43,392 bases of DNA, from positions 1 through 43,392 of IMG/VR virus record IMGVR_UViG_3300045988_088117. One strand, given 5' to 3'. Below are positions 6,611 through 14,082 of this stretch, one piece after another. Below the pieces are notes generated by a model. The model was not told the DNA's origin. It made no database searches and saw only the letters and a list, made by a program, of their open reading frames with translations. How positions within the stretch are numbered: position 1 is the first letter of the stretch; the number at the start of each line of letters is the position of its first letter. Origin of the DNA: a virus. The translations under genes and the position numbers were made by a program.

Positions 6611-6639
6611 ATTATACGCTGCATTTTCTCGGATGTCAA
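6611..6639 (-). promoter_or_regulatory. Consensus promoter of unit C
   Basis: On the minus strand: TTGACA (6639..6634), 17 nt spacer, TATAAT (6616..6611). The repeat starts 6 nt after the -10. Confidence 0.75.
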
Positions 6640-6650
6640 CCCTTTATTCG

Positions 6651-6677
6651 CCAAAAAGCCCGGCTTTTAGCCGGGTT
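6651..6677 (-). terminator. Intrinsic terminator after the late-regulator gene
   Basis: Stem AGCCCGGC/GCCGGGTT has the stop codon in its loop and is followed by TTTTT on the minus strand. Confidence 0.55.
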
Positions 6678-7107
6678 TCTTTTGGCTGTTCGCCGCTCGG
6701 ATGATCTCCGATTTGTATCTCCGCGCGGTTCTTTCGGTCACGTTCGCTTCCCTCCACGCTGCTTTCAGCGGCATATCGTCGATATAATACAACTTGAGAA
6801 ACGCCCGCATGCCCTTGATATAGTCCCCCTGTTGAGGCTGGTACATGATGATCCTGTCCAGCGCCCGCAGCGCTTTCTGCTGAGCGCGCAGAAAAGCCGC
6901 ATGCTTTTCATGCAGCTTTTCTTCCGCGTTTTGCTCTTTGATGATCTCGCTGTCCAGCCCCCGCGCCGCGCCGTGCTGTCTGGGCATCCCGTCCATGTCG
7001 GCGCGTCTGGCGTTGCGATTGTCGTATCGCTCGCGCTCTGTCCGATACTCATAAGCCGCAAACCAGCAGTCAATCAACGCTTTCGCGTCCTTTTTGTCGG
7101 CTCGCAT
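6667..7107 (-). CDS. Putative late-gene transcriptional activator (ArpU/RinA-like, C-terminal HTH)
   Basis: ATG at 7107 follows an AGGAGG RBS (146 aa). The C-terminus LKLYYIDDMPLKAAWREANVTERTARRYKSEIIRAA resembles sigma region-4 or ArpU-type regulators. It is the last gene before the packaging module. Family assignment is from memory. Confidence 0.5.
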   Translation of the reverse strand: MRADKKDAKALIDCWFAAYEYRTERERYDNRNARRADMDGMPRQHGAARGLDSEIIKEQNAEEKLHEKHAAFLRAQQKALRALDRIIMYQPQQGDYIKGMRAFLKLYYIDDMPLKAAWREANVTERTARRYKSEIIRAANSQKKPG

Positions 7108-7658
7108 TGCGCCGCCTCCTTTGCGTTTCGCCTCTTGTCCAGCCATGTGACGCCGACCGCCATAGCCTGCCACATGTCCCCGGCAAAGCCGTAAAATACG
7201 TCCGGTTCTTTTTTTGTTCCCTTCCCCGTGGCCGTGTCGTAGCGGGCAAACCGCTGGATCAGCGATGCGCGAATCTGTCCGTCTGCGTGGGCAGGCGTGC
7301 CCGGCGGCAGAGGCGGAAGCCCGTTTTTCTTCGTCGGGATGAGCGCCGACCGCTCGTCCCGGCGGAATATCCAGTCCACCCCAAGCCCCCGCAGCGCCGC
7401 TTGTCGCCCAAATTGTCCCATCCACTTGATCGTCTGAATGGTGCTCGCTCCCATCACCGCGCCCGCCGCGCTCCTGTCCCCGCTGGTGTATCTCGGCTCC
7501 ATGTCCTCGATCACAACTACATCCACCCCCGGCGCGTCGGCAATGATGGCAATCATGGTTTCGTTGTCCACCTTGTCCGCGCTCAAAATCCGGTAGTTTT
7601 CGTCCAGCATCACATACGCGCTTTGCGTCGTGCCCGGATCAATGGCAAGTAGTTTCAC
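7074..7658 (-). CDS. RuvC-like Holliday junction resolvase
   Basis: GTG at 7658 follows an AAGGAGGAAAAA RBS. The N-terminus KLLAIDPGTTQSAYV and VVVIEDME resemble the RuvC-fold acidic motifs. Confidence 0.6.
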   Translation of the reverse strand: MKLLAIDPGTTQSAYVMLDENYRILSADKVDNETMIAIIADAPGVDVVVIEDMEPRYTSGDRSAAGAVMGASTIQTIKWMGQFGRQAALRGLGVDWIFRRDERSALIPTKKNGLPPLPPGTPAHADGQIRASLIQRFARYDTATGKGTKKEPDVFYGFAGDMWQAMAVGVTWLDKRRNAKEAAQCEPTKRTRKR

Positions 7659-7846
7659 TTTTTCCTCCTTTTCTGCTGGTTTAGCCACCACTGCTGGCGG
7701 CTTTTGTTTGTCATCCGCTCGAAGAAAAAATCCTGCCGATTCTGCCGCACTCTTTCGTGTTGTTCCGCATACGCCTTGTATCTCTCGCATCCCGCGTGGC
7801 AGCCGACCTCGCGGCTCACGCAGTCGCGGCATGGCGCGTCATTCAT
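7655..7846 (-). CDS. Small Cys-rich protein (63 aa)
   Basis: Begins MNDAPCRDCVSREVGCHAGCERYK. The start overlaps the upstream stop in an ATGAATGA-type junction. Confidence 0.55.
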   Translation of the reverse strand: MNDAPCRDCVSREVGCHAGCERYKAYAEQHERVRQNRQDFFFERMTNKSRQQWWLNQQKRRKK

Positions 7847-8291
7847 GGCTATCACCTGCCCATGGTGTTCCCCGCCTTTCCGCTTCCGTCGGCTTGCGCA
7901 GCCAGCAGCGCCAGTTTTTACCGTATGTATCGGAGATATCATGCCTCAAATCAACATTTCCATTGCCAGCATACATAAAGCCCTTTTCTACAAACGCTGG
8001 TTCTCCTTCGTAATCAAATCTGTTTTCGTTCCATAGAAAACCAGTATAGACTTCCAGTTCTTCCAGCGTCAGCACGCGGTTCTTCGGCTCGGCGCGGCGC
8101 ATCGCCGCAGCTTGCAGCCGTTCTATAATTTTTTCATTCGACGTGCCGCCGGAAAACTCTATGCGCGGCGATGTGCTCTCACACGTCATGCACTTATACT
8201 GCGCAGATAAAAGCCCCCAATCGGGTGTAGTCAGAGAGACGCGGATCTTCATCCTGTCTCCGCAATATGGGCATTTAGGCGTTTCACTCAT
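7839..8291 (-). CDS. Zinc-ribbon protein (Lar-like N-terminus), 150 aa
   Basis: Begins MSETPKCPYCGDRMK and has a later CMTC pair. A C-terminal WRCWLRKPTEAER motif is common in Firmicutes phage proteins (from memory). Confidence 0.5.
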   Translation of the reverse strand: MSETPKCPYCGDRMKIRVSLTTPDWGLLSAQYKCMTCESTSPRIEFSGGTSNEKIIERLQAAAMRRAEPKNRVLTLEELEVYTGFLWNENRFDYEGEPAFVEKGFMYAGNGNVDLRHDISDTYGKNWRCWLRKPTEAERRGTPWAGDSHE

Positions 8292-8727
8292 CGCTCTTTT
8301 CCTCTCTTTCCGCCTCAAGCTGCTTGATATAGGCGAGCACGTCAGCATTCAGCGCGGACATACATCCCGTCTCGCTCTCGCAATACGGGCAATCCGTGCA
8401 TCTCTCGCACAAAATGCACAAACTCACGGCTTTCTTGATCTCTTCAGGCGTTTTCATCGTTCTTCCTCCCGTTTCCAGCATCCATCGCCCAGATTTAAGT
8501 TGCAAAACCATTTTCACAAGCTCATCATTTGTCACATTTTCCTTGCCAAATAAGGATTTTTTAAGTTGACGGCAAGTTTCAATCGCCGAAATCGCCGTTC
8601 GTTGCTGCTCAATTTGCTCGTCATAAATGGCGGTTCTCTTGGCGTTCATCGGGTTTGCCCGGTATCTAGTAAGAGAGCCAATGTTCTCATTTAGCCATTC
8701 AAGCATACGCTCCTCGGTGGTGCTCAT
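8284..8727 (-). CDS. Hypothetical protein (147 aa), C-terminal Cys cluster
   Basis: Listed ORF with coupled gene overlaps. Contains CILCERCTDCPYCESETGC. Confidence 0.6.
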   Translation of the reverse strand: MSTTEERMLEWLNENIGSLTRYRANPMNAKRTAIYDEQIEQQRTAISAIETCRQLKKSLFGKENVTNDELVKMVLQLKSGRWMLETGGRTMKTPEEIKKAVSLCILCERCTDCPYCESETGCMSALNADVLAYIKQLEAEREEKSDE

Positions 8728-9095
8728 CGCTTTCCCTCCTGCGTCGAAACTTCCATCGCGTCCTCATGCTGCCGTAACCTGTCGCGTAGATGCCCATATC
8801 CGCTGAGCGCCGCGTATACCGTTGCAACAGGGCAGTTATCAAAGACACAATCAACGAGAAACTCGTCCTTTTCCTCGTCAGTCATGGCCTGGTCTGCAAA
8901 TACTGAACATCCAAACTCCGGACAAAGCTTTTTGAAGCAGAAATCCGTAATAGGCATACCATCCGTGCCATCTTCGCTGTAACGGATGTAGCTCCACCCA
9001 TCTTTTCCATAGATCAGATTCAGCATCGTTTCAAAATTGCCCTGTGGGTTATCCGTCACCATCTTCGGTAGTTCAAAAACGGATTTTTCCGGCAT
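8724..9095 (-). CDS. Hypothetical protein (123 aa)
   Basis: ATG at 9095 lies 1 nt after the upstream stop (MPEKSVFELPK...). Confidence 0.55.
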   Translation of the reverse strand: MPEKSVFELPKMVTDNPQGNFETMLNLIYGKDGWSYIRYSEDGTDGMPITDFCFKKLCPEFGCSVFADQAMTDEEKDEFLVDCVFDNCPVATVYAALSGYGHLRDRLRQHEDAMEVSTQEGKR

Positions 9096-9096
9096 T

Positions 9097-9582
9097 TCAT
9101 TCACGGTCTTTGTCCTCCCAATCCATTTCAACCCGCAGTCCCGCGTCATAGGTCGCATGAGCTTCGGCGCGGCCATTCAGATATTGCAAAAACGCTTTCG
9201 TTTCCGCCGAATCACGGATATCCGCCATCATGTCTTCGTCCCAGTCCTCGTATTGCTCGGCGGATTCCATCATGCTTTCCACCATGTCCCGGATATCGTC
9301 CTCCCGGAAATGTGCGACGTTCTTCTCTGCCAAATAAACCACAATTCCGTGCCTGTCTATCTCGCCGTTCTGAATCGCCGCCAGCAGGTCGTCCTTGTCC
9401 ATCACCTCCGGCGTACAGCCCAGCGTGTACGCGCACTCGCCGCCCGTGTAGACCATCAGCTCTCGGTCGTCGTTCAGCTCGCTGAATTTCGGTTGCTTCA
9501 CGCCCTCCATCGCCTTGTTAATCACTTCGGATAGCGCTTCCGCGTATTCTTTCAGGTCAACATTTCCGTATTCGTCACTCAT
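9097..9582 (-). CDS. Hypothetical acidic protein (161 aa)
   Basis: Listed ORF with RBS AAGGAGAAAG. Very acidic composition. Confidence 0.6.
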   Translation of the reverse strand: MSDEYGNVDLKEYAEALSEVINKAMEGVKQPKFSELNDDRELMVYTGGECAYTLGCTPEVMDKDDLLAAIQNGEIDRHGIVVYLAEKNVAHFREDDIRDMVESMMESAEQYEDWDEDMMADIRDSAETKAFLQYLNGRAEAHATYDAGLRVEMDWEDKDRE

Positions 9583-9675
9583 GGCTTTCTCCTTAACTTG
9601 CTCAGCTTTTAACTATCTGTCTTTTCCGTGGCATGATTTAAAAAATAGCTGCATTTTTTAAGTTGCTGGTAACTT

Positions 9676-10050
9676 TCAGCCGTCCGTTTTTTTCTCCGTT
9701 TCTGCGGCAATGCGCTTTTGAATTTCAAGCTCTACGCACCGCTCGTGAAAATCCTTGGGCACAACGTCCTTTGACAGCTTTTCCAGCATGTCGGCGGCTT
9801 GTCGCTTTAAGATACTTCCGCAGCCAGAAAGCTCATAAAGCGCGCAACCGCGGCAGCTAAATCTATCGCAGAGCCTCAGCGTCTTTGCTAGCTCTTTCGC
9901 GCTCAACTGCGGAATTTCGGGCTGCTTTTCGGTATATTCGGCGTATTTGCACACCTCCGGGTGTTCGCTCGTAGGGCATACATCGCCGCAATATGGACAC
10001 TCGCCATTGGTGCAGACGCCTTCAAAATCGGCGTACCATTTACATTTCAT
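9676..10050 (-). CDS. Cys-rich hypothetical protein
   Basis: ATG at 10050 follows a GGAGG RBS. Contains CTNGECPYCGDVCP and CRGC motifs. Confidence 0.55.
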   Translation of the reverse strand: MKCKWYADFEGVCTNGECPYCGDVCPTSEHPEVCKYAEYTEKQPEIPQLSAKELAKTLRLCDRFSCRGCALYELSGCGSILKRQAADMLEKLSKDVVPKDFHERCVELEIQKRIAAETEKKTDG

Positions 10051-10138
10051 TTCCCGTGCCTCCACTCTCTCCCTCGGTTAATCTCCATCTTCTCCCGCAC
10101 CGCCTTATCAATAAGCGCCTCCCGGCTAATGCAATCAC

Positions 10139-10441
10139 TCATTTCAATTCCTCCAAACTAATCTGCCCATCAATGGGCGTATTGTCGGCCTCTTTCCGCT
10201 TCCGTTCCGGGACGACTTCTCGCACAAGGGGCTTGCGGCTTATTGCCCGATTGAATGCCCCACAAGCCATCCATCGGCCCGCCCAGTCCGTCGCTTCACT
10301 ATGGGTAAGCCCGTACACTTTGCATTTGCAAAGCCTTTTATCGTGATACTTGCCCTTTATAAAGTTGCTACACTCCCGGCACGTATGCCCATCCAAAACG
10401 CCAAAAAAACGGTGCATCAGATCAAGTTTACGTAAAGCCAT
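10139..10441 (-). CDS. Cys-rich hypothetical protein (100 aa)
   Basis: ATG at 10441 overlaps the upstream TAA (TAATG junction). Contains CRECSNF and CKCK. Confidence 0.5.
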   Translation of the reverse strand: MALRKLDLMHRFFGVLDGHTCRECSNFIKGKYHDKRLCKCKVYGLTHSEATDWAGRWMACGAFNRAISRKPLVREVVPERKRKEADNTPIDGQISLEELK

Positions 10442-10980
10442 TACTGTTCCTCCGCATAGCACCAGCTCTGGGGCGGGCGTTTGATTATCCGGCCATCACA
10501 TTCCATTTTGGTGTAGTTGTAATGGGGGCAGGCACAGCAATCGGAATCGACTCTACATAGCCCCTTGAATTCGCTCAGCTGTTTCGGGTTATCGTAGATT
10601 TTCAGGTTGGAAATGTGCCAAGCGTACCCATCCTTACCGCCCAGGTATTTTTCAATTTGGGGCGTTGTTAGGCAGCTTTTGGAAAAGTCAAAGGAATCAT
10701 CTATCGTGTGCCCGTTTTTCATCGCGGCTAGCCGAATCCCAGGCAACCCGGAAAAACCGATGTGAGTTAGCCATGTGATCTTGTCACACACAAACTCCCC
10801 AACAACTTTTCCGTGTTTTCCCCACATTCCCATTGCAACGCCGCTATTTGTGCAGTAGATATAGCACTTAAACGGCGTTTCCATATTGGGACGGTTCTTT
10901 CTGACTTCTAGTGTCTTTTCTCCGGCCAGAATCTTTTCCACCCACTCCGGCCGGATGCTGATAAGTACCGCTTTAGCCAT
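10441..10980 (-). CDS. ASCH-domain protein
   Basis: The N-terminus AVLISIRPEWVEKILAGEKTLEVRKN matches the ASCH/PUA-like signature (from memory). Confidence 0.6.
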   Translation of the reverse strand: MAKAVLISIRPEWVEKILAGEKTLEVRKNRPNMETPFKCYIYCTNSGVAMGMWGKHGKVVGEFVCDKITWLTHIGFSGLPGIRLAAMKNGHTIDDSFDFSKSCLTTPQIEKYLGGKDGYAWHISNLKIYDNPKQLSEFKGLCRVDSDCCACPHYNYTKMECDGRIIKRPPQSWCYAEEQ

Positions 10981-10995
10981 GTTCTTTCCCTTCCA

Positions 10996-11451
10996 TCAAA
11001 ACGGCAGTTCCTCGTCGTCCACCTGCGTGAACCCGCCAAAATCATTGTGCGGTTGCGGCGCATAGGCCGTCCCGCTGTCTTTGCTCGCCGCCGTCGTGTA
11101 TGCCCCCGGCGCGCTCTGTGTGCTGCTCTGCTGGTTCTGCGGCGCCAGAAACTCCACCTCGTCGGCGACGATATCCCACGCCGTCCGCTTGCTCCCGTCC
11201 TTCGCCTCGTAGGTTCGGGTCTGGATGCTTCCCGTCACGGCAACCTTGCGCCCTTTGGCAAGATACTTGCCGCACAGCTCGGCCAACTGCCGCCACGCGA
11301 TGACGTTCAGAAAATCCGTTTCCTGTTCGCCGTTCTCTTTCTTAAACCGCCGATTCACAGCGACGGTAAAATTACAAACCGAGATGCCGCTCTGCGTCGC
11401 CCTCACTTCGGGGTCGCGTACCAGATTGCCGATCAAAAAAACCTTGTTCAT
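10996..11451 (-). CDS. ssb: Single-stranded DNA-binding protein
   Basis: Begins MNKVFLIGNLVRDPEVRATQSGISVCNFTVAVNR (OB fold). Has a Gly/Gln-rich linker and an acidic tail DDEELPF. The start overlaps the upstream stop (ATGA junction). Confidence 0.9.
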   Translation of the reverse strand: MNKVFLIGNLVRDPEVRATQSGISVCNFTVAVNRRFKKENGEQETDFLNVIAWRQLAELCGKYLAKGRKVAVTGSIQTRTYEAKDGSKRTAWDIVADEVEFLAPQNQQSSTQSAPGAYTTAASKDSGTAYAPQPHNDFGGFTQVDDEELPF

Positions 11452-11864
11452 GCTCGTCTCTTCCTTTCCTCGCTTGCTCTTCTCATTCTTTCGATCATCT
11501 GCGCAACGTTTTCTTTCTCCTGCGCGCTGGCGGGCTGTCTCACCGCCTCTTTCCTGTGCGTCTTGAGCCGCGCTTTCTCTTCTTCGCGCCGCCGTTTGGC
11601 TTCCAGCGCCTTTTCCTCCCTCGCCGCCGCTCTGCGTTCCATCTCTGCGCGGCGCACTTTGCGCGCCTCTTCTATCGGCTTCTGCGCCACGCGGAAACAG
11701 GTATAGCTGCAATACCAGTTAAACGCCGTCCCCGTGTGCGGTTTGTCGATCTTGTAAGCGTATTTCCGGCTGGCGATGCAAAAGGTCTTTCCGCAGGTCT
11801 TGCATACCTTCGGCGGAATCGTTGTAAAAGTCTCCGTCCCGATCATGTTTCTTCCTGTCAGCAT
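11448..11864 (-). CDS. Zinc-ribbon plus basic coiled-coil protein (138 aa)
   Basis: Contains CKTCGK and CSYTC. The C-terminus is Arg/Glu-rich. RBS is AGGAGG. Confidence 0.6.
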   Translation of the reverse strand: MLTGRNMIGTETFTTIPPKVCKTCGKTFCIASRKYAYKIDKPHTGTAFNWYCSYTCFRVAQKPIEEARKVRRAEMERRAAAREEKALEAKRRREEEKARLKTHRKEAVRQPASAQEKENVAQMIERMRRASEERKRRA

Positions 11865-12667
11865 GGCGTTATAGCCTCCTGCACAGGCGGAATTTTCCTT
11901 TCCGGTCTTTCCGGTGCATATTTATTCAAAAAATAGAGCTGCCCCTTTGGCGTGATGACGGTCGTCGTGCTGAGGAACGTTTTTTCGGCGCTTCCAATCG
12001 TCCGCTCGATCACCCGCATCAATCCCATGTCAACGCTCTTCTGCGTCGGCGCGTTCTGGTCTTTGGCGTTGGCCTTAATCACCCAGCCGTCGCGCCGCAG
12101 AATCTCATACAATCTCCGTTCTCCGACATCGTATCCCCGCTGATTCATCAGTCGAGCCAGCTGACGCACGAGAATGTCCCCTTCCGCTTTCTGCACCGTC
12201 TCCGCAAACAGCACCTTCGGCGCGTCTGCCTTGATCTTTTCGTTCGCCGCTTCAAGCTGCTTGTTCCGCTCGGCAATCTTCCGCTGCGCAACCATCAGCG
12301 CGTTTGCCAGCAGCTGGTCGTCGTCCATCGTTTCCTGTCCGGCGATATACCCGCCCGTCTTGCGAATGGCCGGGATGACTTCATGGGTAATCCAGCGCTT
12401 GAAGGCTTTGGCTTCGGGCTTGCGGCTGCTGAGAACCAAACTGTAAAGCCCCGGCTCGTTGATGATGGTCATTTTTTGTTCGCCGCCAAGGGTGCGGATT
12501 AAAACCGCATCCTTTTCGTCATCATCAAGCCGCGTCGTTGCCGTCCTGCTGTCGCCAATTCCCAGCGCCCTACACACATCCGCCGCAACAAACCACGGCT
12601 CGCCCTCCAGCGTCACGGCGCGCACCGCGCCGAACTCGTCCTTGCGAAAAATCGTTACGTTGTCCAT
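11858..12667 (-). CDS. Antirepressor (BRO-N plus KilA-C/ANT-type C-terminus)
   Basis: Begins MDNVTIFRKDEFGAVRAVTLEGEPWFVAADVCRALG. Later contains KAFKRWITHEVIPAIRKTGGY, typical of Bro-N. Confidence 0.8.
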   Translation of the reverse strand: MDNVTIFRKDEFGAVRAVTLEGEPWFVAADVCRALGIGDSRTATTRLDDDEKDAVLIRTLGGEQKMTIINEPGLYSLVLSSRKPEAKAFKRWITHEVIPAIRKTGGYIAGQETMDDDQLLANALMVAQRKIAERNKQLEAANEKIKADAPKVLFAETVQKAEGDILVRQLARLMNQRGYDVGERRLYEILRRDGWVIKANAKDQNAPTQKSVDMGLMRVIERTIGSAEKTFLSTTTVITPKGQLYFLNKYAPERPERKIPPVQEAITPC

Positions 12668-12674
12668 TATCCTT

Positions 12675-13352
12675 TCACTCCTCATCAAAATTGACCACAT
12701 TGCTCTTAAAATACTTGTGCCGCTCTTCTTTGCTCATCCCGCGCAGTTTCGCGGCGTATTCGTCCATTTCGTCCAACCCGGCTTCCAGATTCAGCGCGGT
12801 TTGTCCGGCGGCGATCATCTGCCTGTCGCGCTCAATCCGCGCCCGAACGTCGCCCGGCATGCGCCGAATGGTTCTGTGCTGTTCCGCCCGCGCGGCGTAA
12901 CTCCGCTGAAAGTTGCTTGCAAGCACGCTTTCGCTCACGCCGTCGTCGCTGATTGCCCAATCGTGAAGCTGGCTCGGCGAGCCGACAACCTCCCGCACCA
13001 CTTCCGGCAGCTCGGCAAACCGCTCTGCGCTGTGATACGCGCTGTCCTTCATGGCTTTTTTGACCAGCCCCCATGCACTTTGCGGTGTCAGCTCAAACCC
13101 GTTCACGGCCTGATTGATCGTGTCCAGCTTTTCCCGGATCTGCCCAATGCTTGGCGGGAATCCTTTGGTGTCGTTGGCGATAAAAGCCTTCACCGCGTCG
13201 TTGACAAGGCTTGCGTCGTCGTCGGCGAAGAAGCCCAGCCACGCGTTGGTTGTCGCCTTGACGTCGTTTGCGCTCATTTTGGCGTAAAACTGTGGGTAGA
13301 TCGCGCTGATGATCGCCAAAACGTCGCTCATCTCCCGAAAGGTCATTCGCAT
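12675..13352 (-). CDS. Putative replicative helicase loader (G39P-like)
   Basis: Lies after the DnaD-like gene. The N-terminal pattern AIISAIYPQFY...TNAWLGFF resembles the G39P loader family (from memory). The start could be 13346 instead. Confidence 0.4.
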   Translation of the reverse strand: MRMTFREMSDVLAIISAIYPQFYAKMSANDVKATTNAWLGFFADDDASLVNDAVKAFIANDTKGFPPSIGQIREKLDTINQAVNGFELTPQSAWGLVKKAMKDSAYHSAERFAELPEVVREVVGSPSQLHDWAISDDGVSESVLASNFQRSYAARAEQHRTIRRMPGDVRARIERDRQMIAAGQTALNLEAGLDEMDEYAAKLRGMSKEERHKYFKSNVVNFDEE

Positions 13353-14062
13353 TCATCCCCTCTCAGTCCAAGCGATTGCAGCGCGAAGGGGTTGTTTGTC
13401 AGCGCTTGCGGCGATTCTCTCGCCGTATTCTCAGGCGGCTTGTCCCTCCAGCTGTACCCCGCCGCCTTTTCCCTGCGCAGAATACCGCCGACGTATCGCC
13501 AGTTCCGGCTTTTTTCCGGCGCGCCTTGCAGCTTCCCGATGGCTTTGAGCAGATTGTCCGCCCCGTGTTCCGCGCGCAGGCTGTCCATGCAATCCTGATC
13601 GGCCAGCGTAGAGGCAGGCAGCCCGACACGCCGAGCCGCCGTTTCCACCTCTGCCCGTTCCTGCCGGATCTCCCGCAGTTCGTCGTCCGTCAGGTCAAAG
13701 GGGGTTTGGGGGTTACTACTATCGTACTCACTCTCTCCCTCTCTCTCTTTCTCACACTCACCCTCTTTCTCTCCCTCTTTCTCCTTGCGCTTTTGTTCCT
13801 GTTTCGTTTCCGTTTCGTTCTCGTTTTGTTCTTCGTTTGTTTTCGTTTTGTTTTTTCGGTTAGACGCTTTGATTCGCCCGCTGTCCAGCGTTGGGCGAAT
13901 CAGCTTAAAGCACGCCGAGCATATACCCGTCAATTCGTTCGGTGTTTGTTCGTCCAGTGCATAGTCCAGTATCGCGAACAAAACCTTCGCCCGTTCCTTC
14001 TCCGGCAGGTCTTTCAGCGCTTCGTAATAGCTTCTGTAAAATGTGAACTGTTCCCGTTTCAT
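13343..14062 (-). CDS. Replication initiator / DnaD-domain protein with a low-complexity linker
   Basis: ATG at 14062 (MKREQFTFYRSYYEALKDLP). The C-terminal RNWRYVGGILRREK resembles a DnaD-like motif. The central linker is E/K/G/N-rich. Confidence 0.55.
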   Translation of the reverse strand: MKREQFTFYRSYYEALKDLPEKERAKVLFAILDYALDEQTPNELTGICSACFKLIRPTLDSGRIKASNRKNKTKTNEEQNENETETKQEQKRKEKEGEKEGECEKEREGESEYDSSNPQTPFDLTDDELREIRQERAEVETAARRVGLPASTLADQDCMDSLRAEHGADNLLKAIGKLQGAPEKSRNWRYVGGILRREKAAGYSWRDKPPENTARESPQALTNNPFALQSLGLRGDECE

Positions 14063-14082
14063 TGGCGCACCCTTCCATCTAT

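Noticed and set aside
6467-6670. 67-aa plus-strand ORF, 110-aa minus-strand ORF (6149..6481) and 104-aa plus-strand ORF (6156..6470)
   Set aside because: They run through terminator hairpins and the promoter/repeat cassettes. They lack RBSs and have implausible composition.
9625-9652. A/T-only hairpin (TTAAAAAAT...ATTTTTTAA) between early genes as a terminator
   Set aside because: The stem is purely A/T and has no separate T-run. It would be weak, and there is not enough evidence to call a feature.
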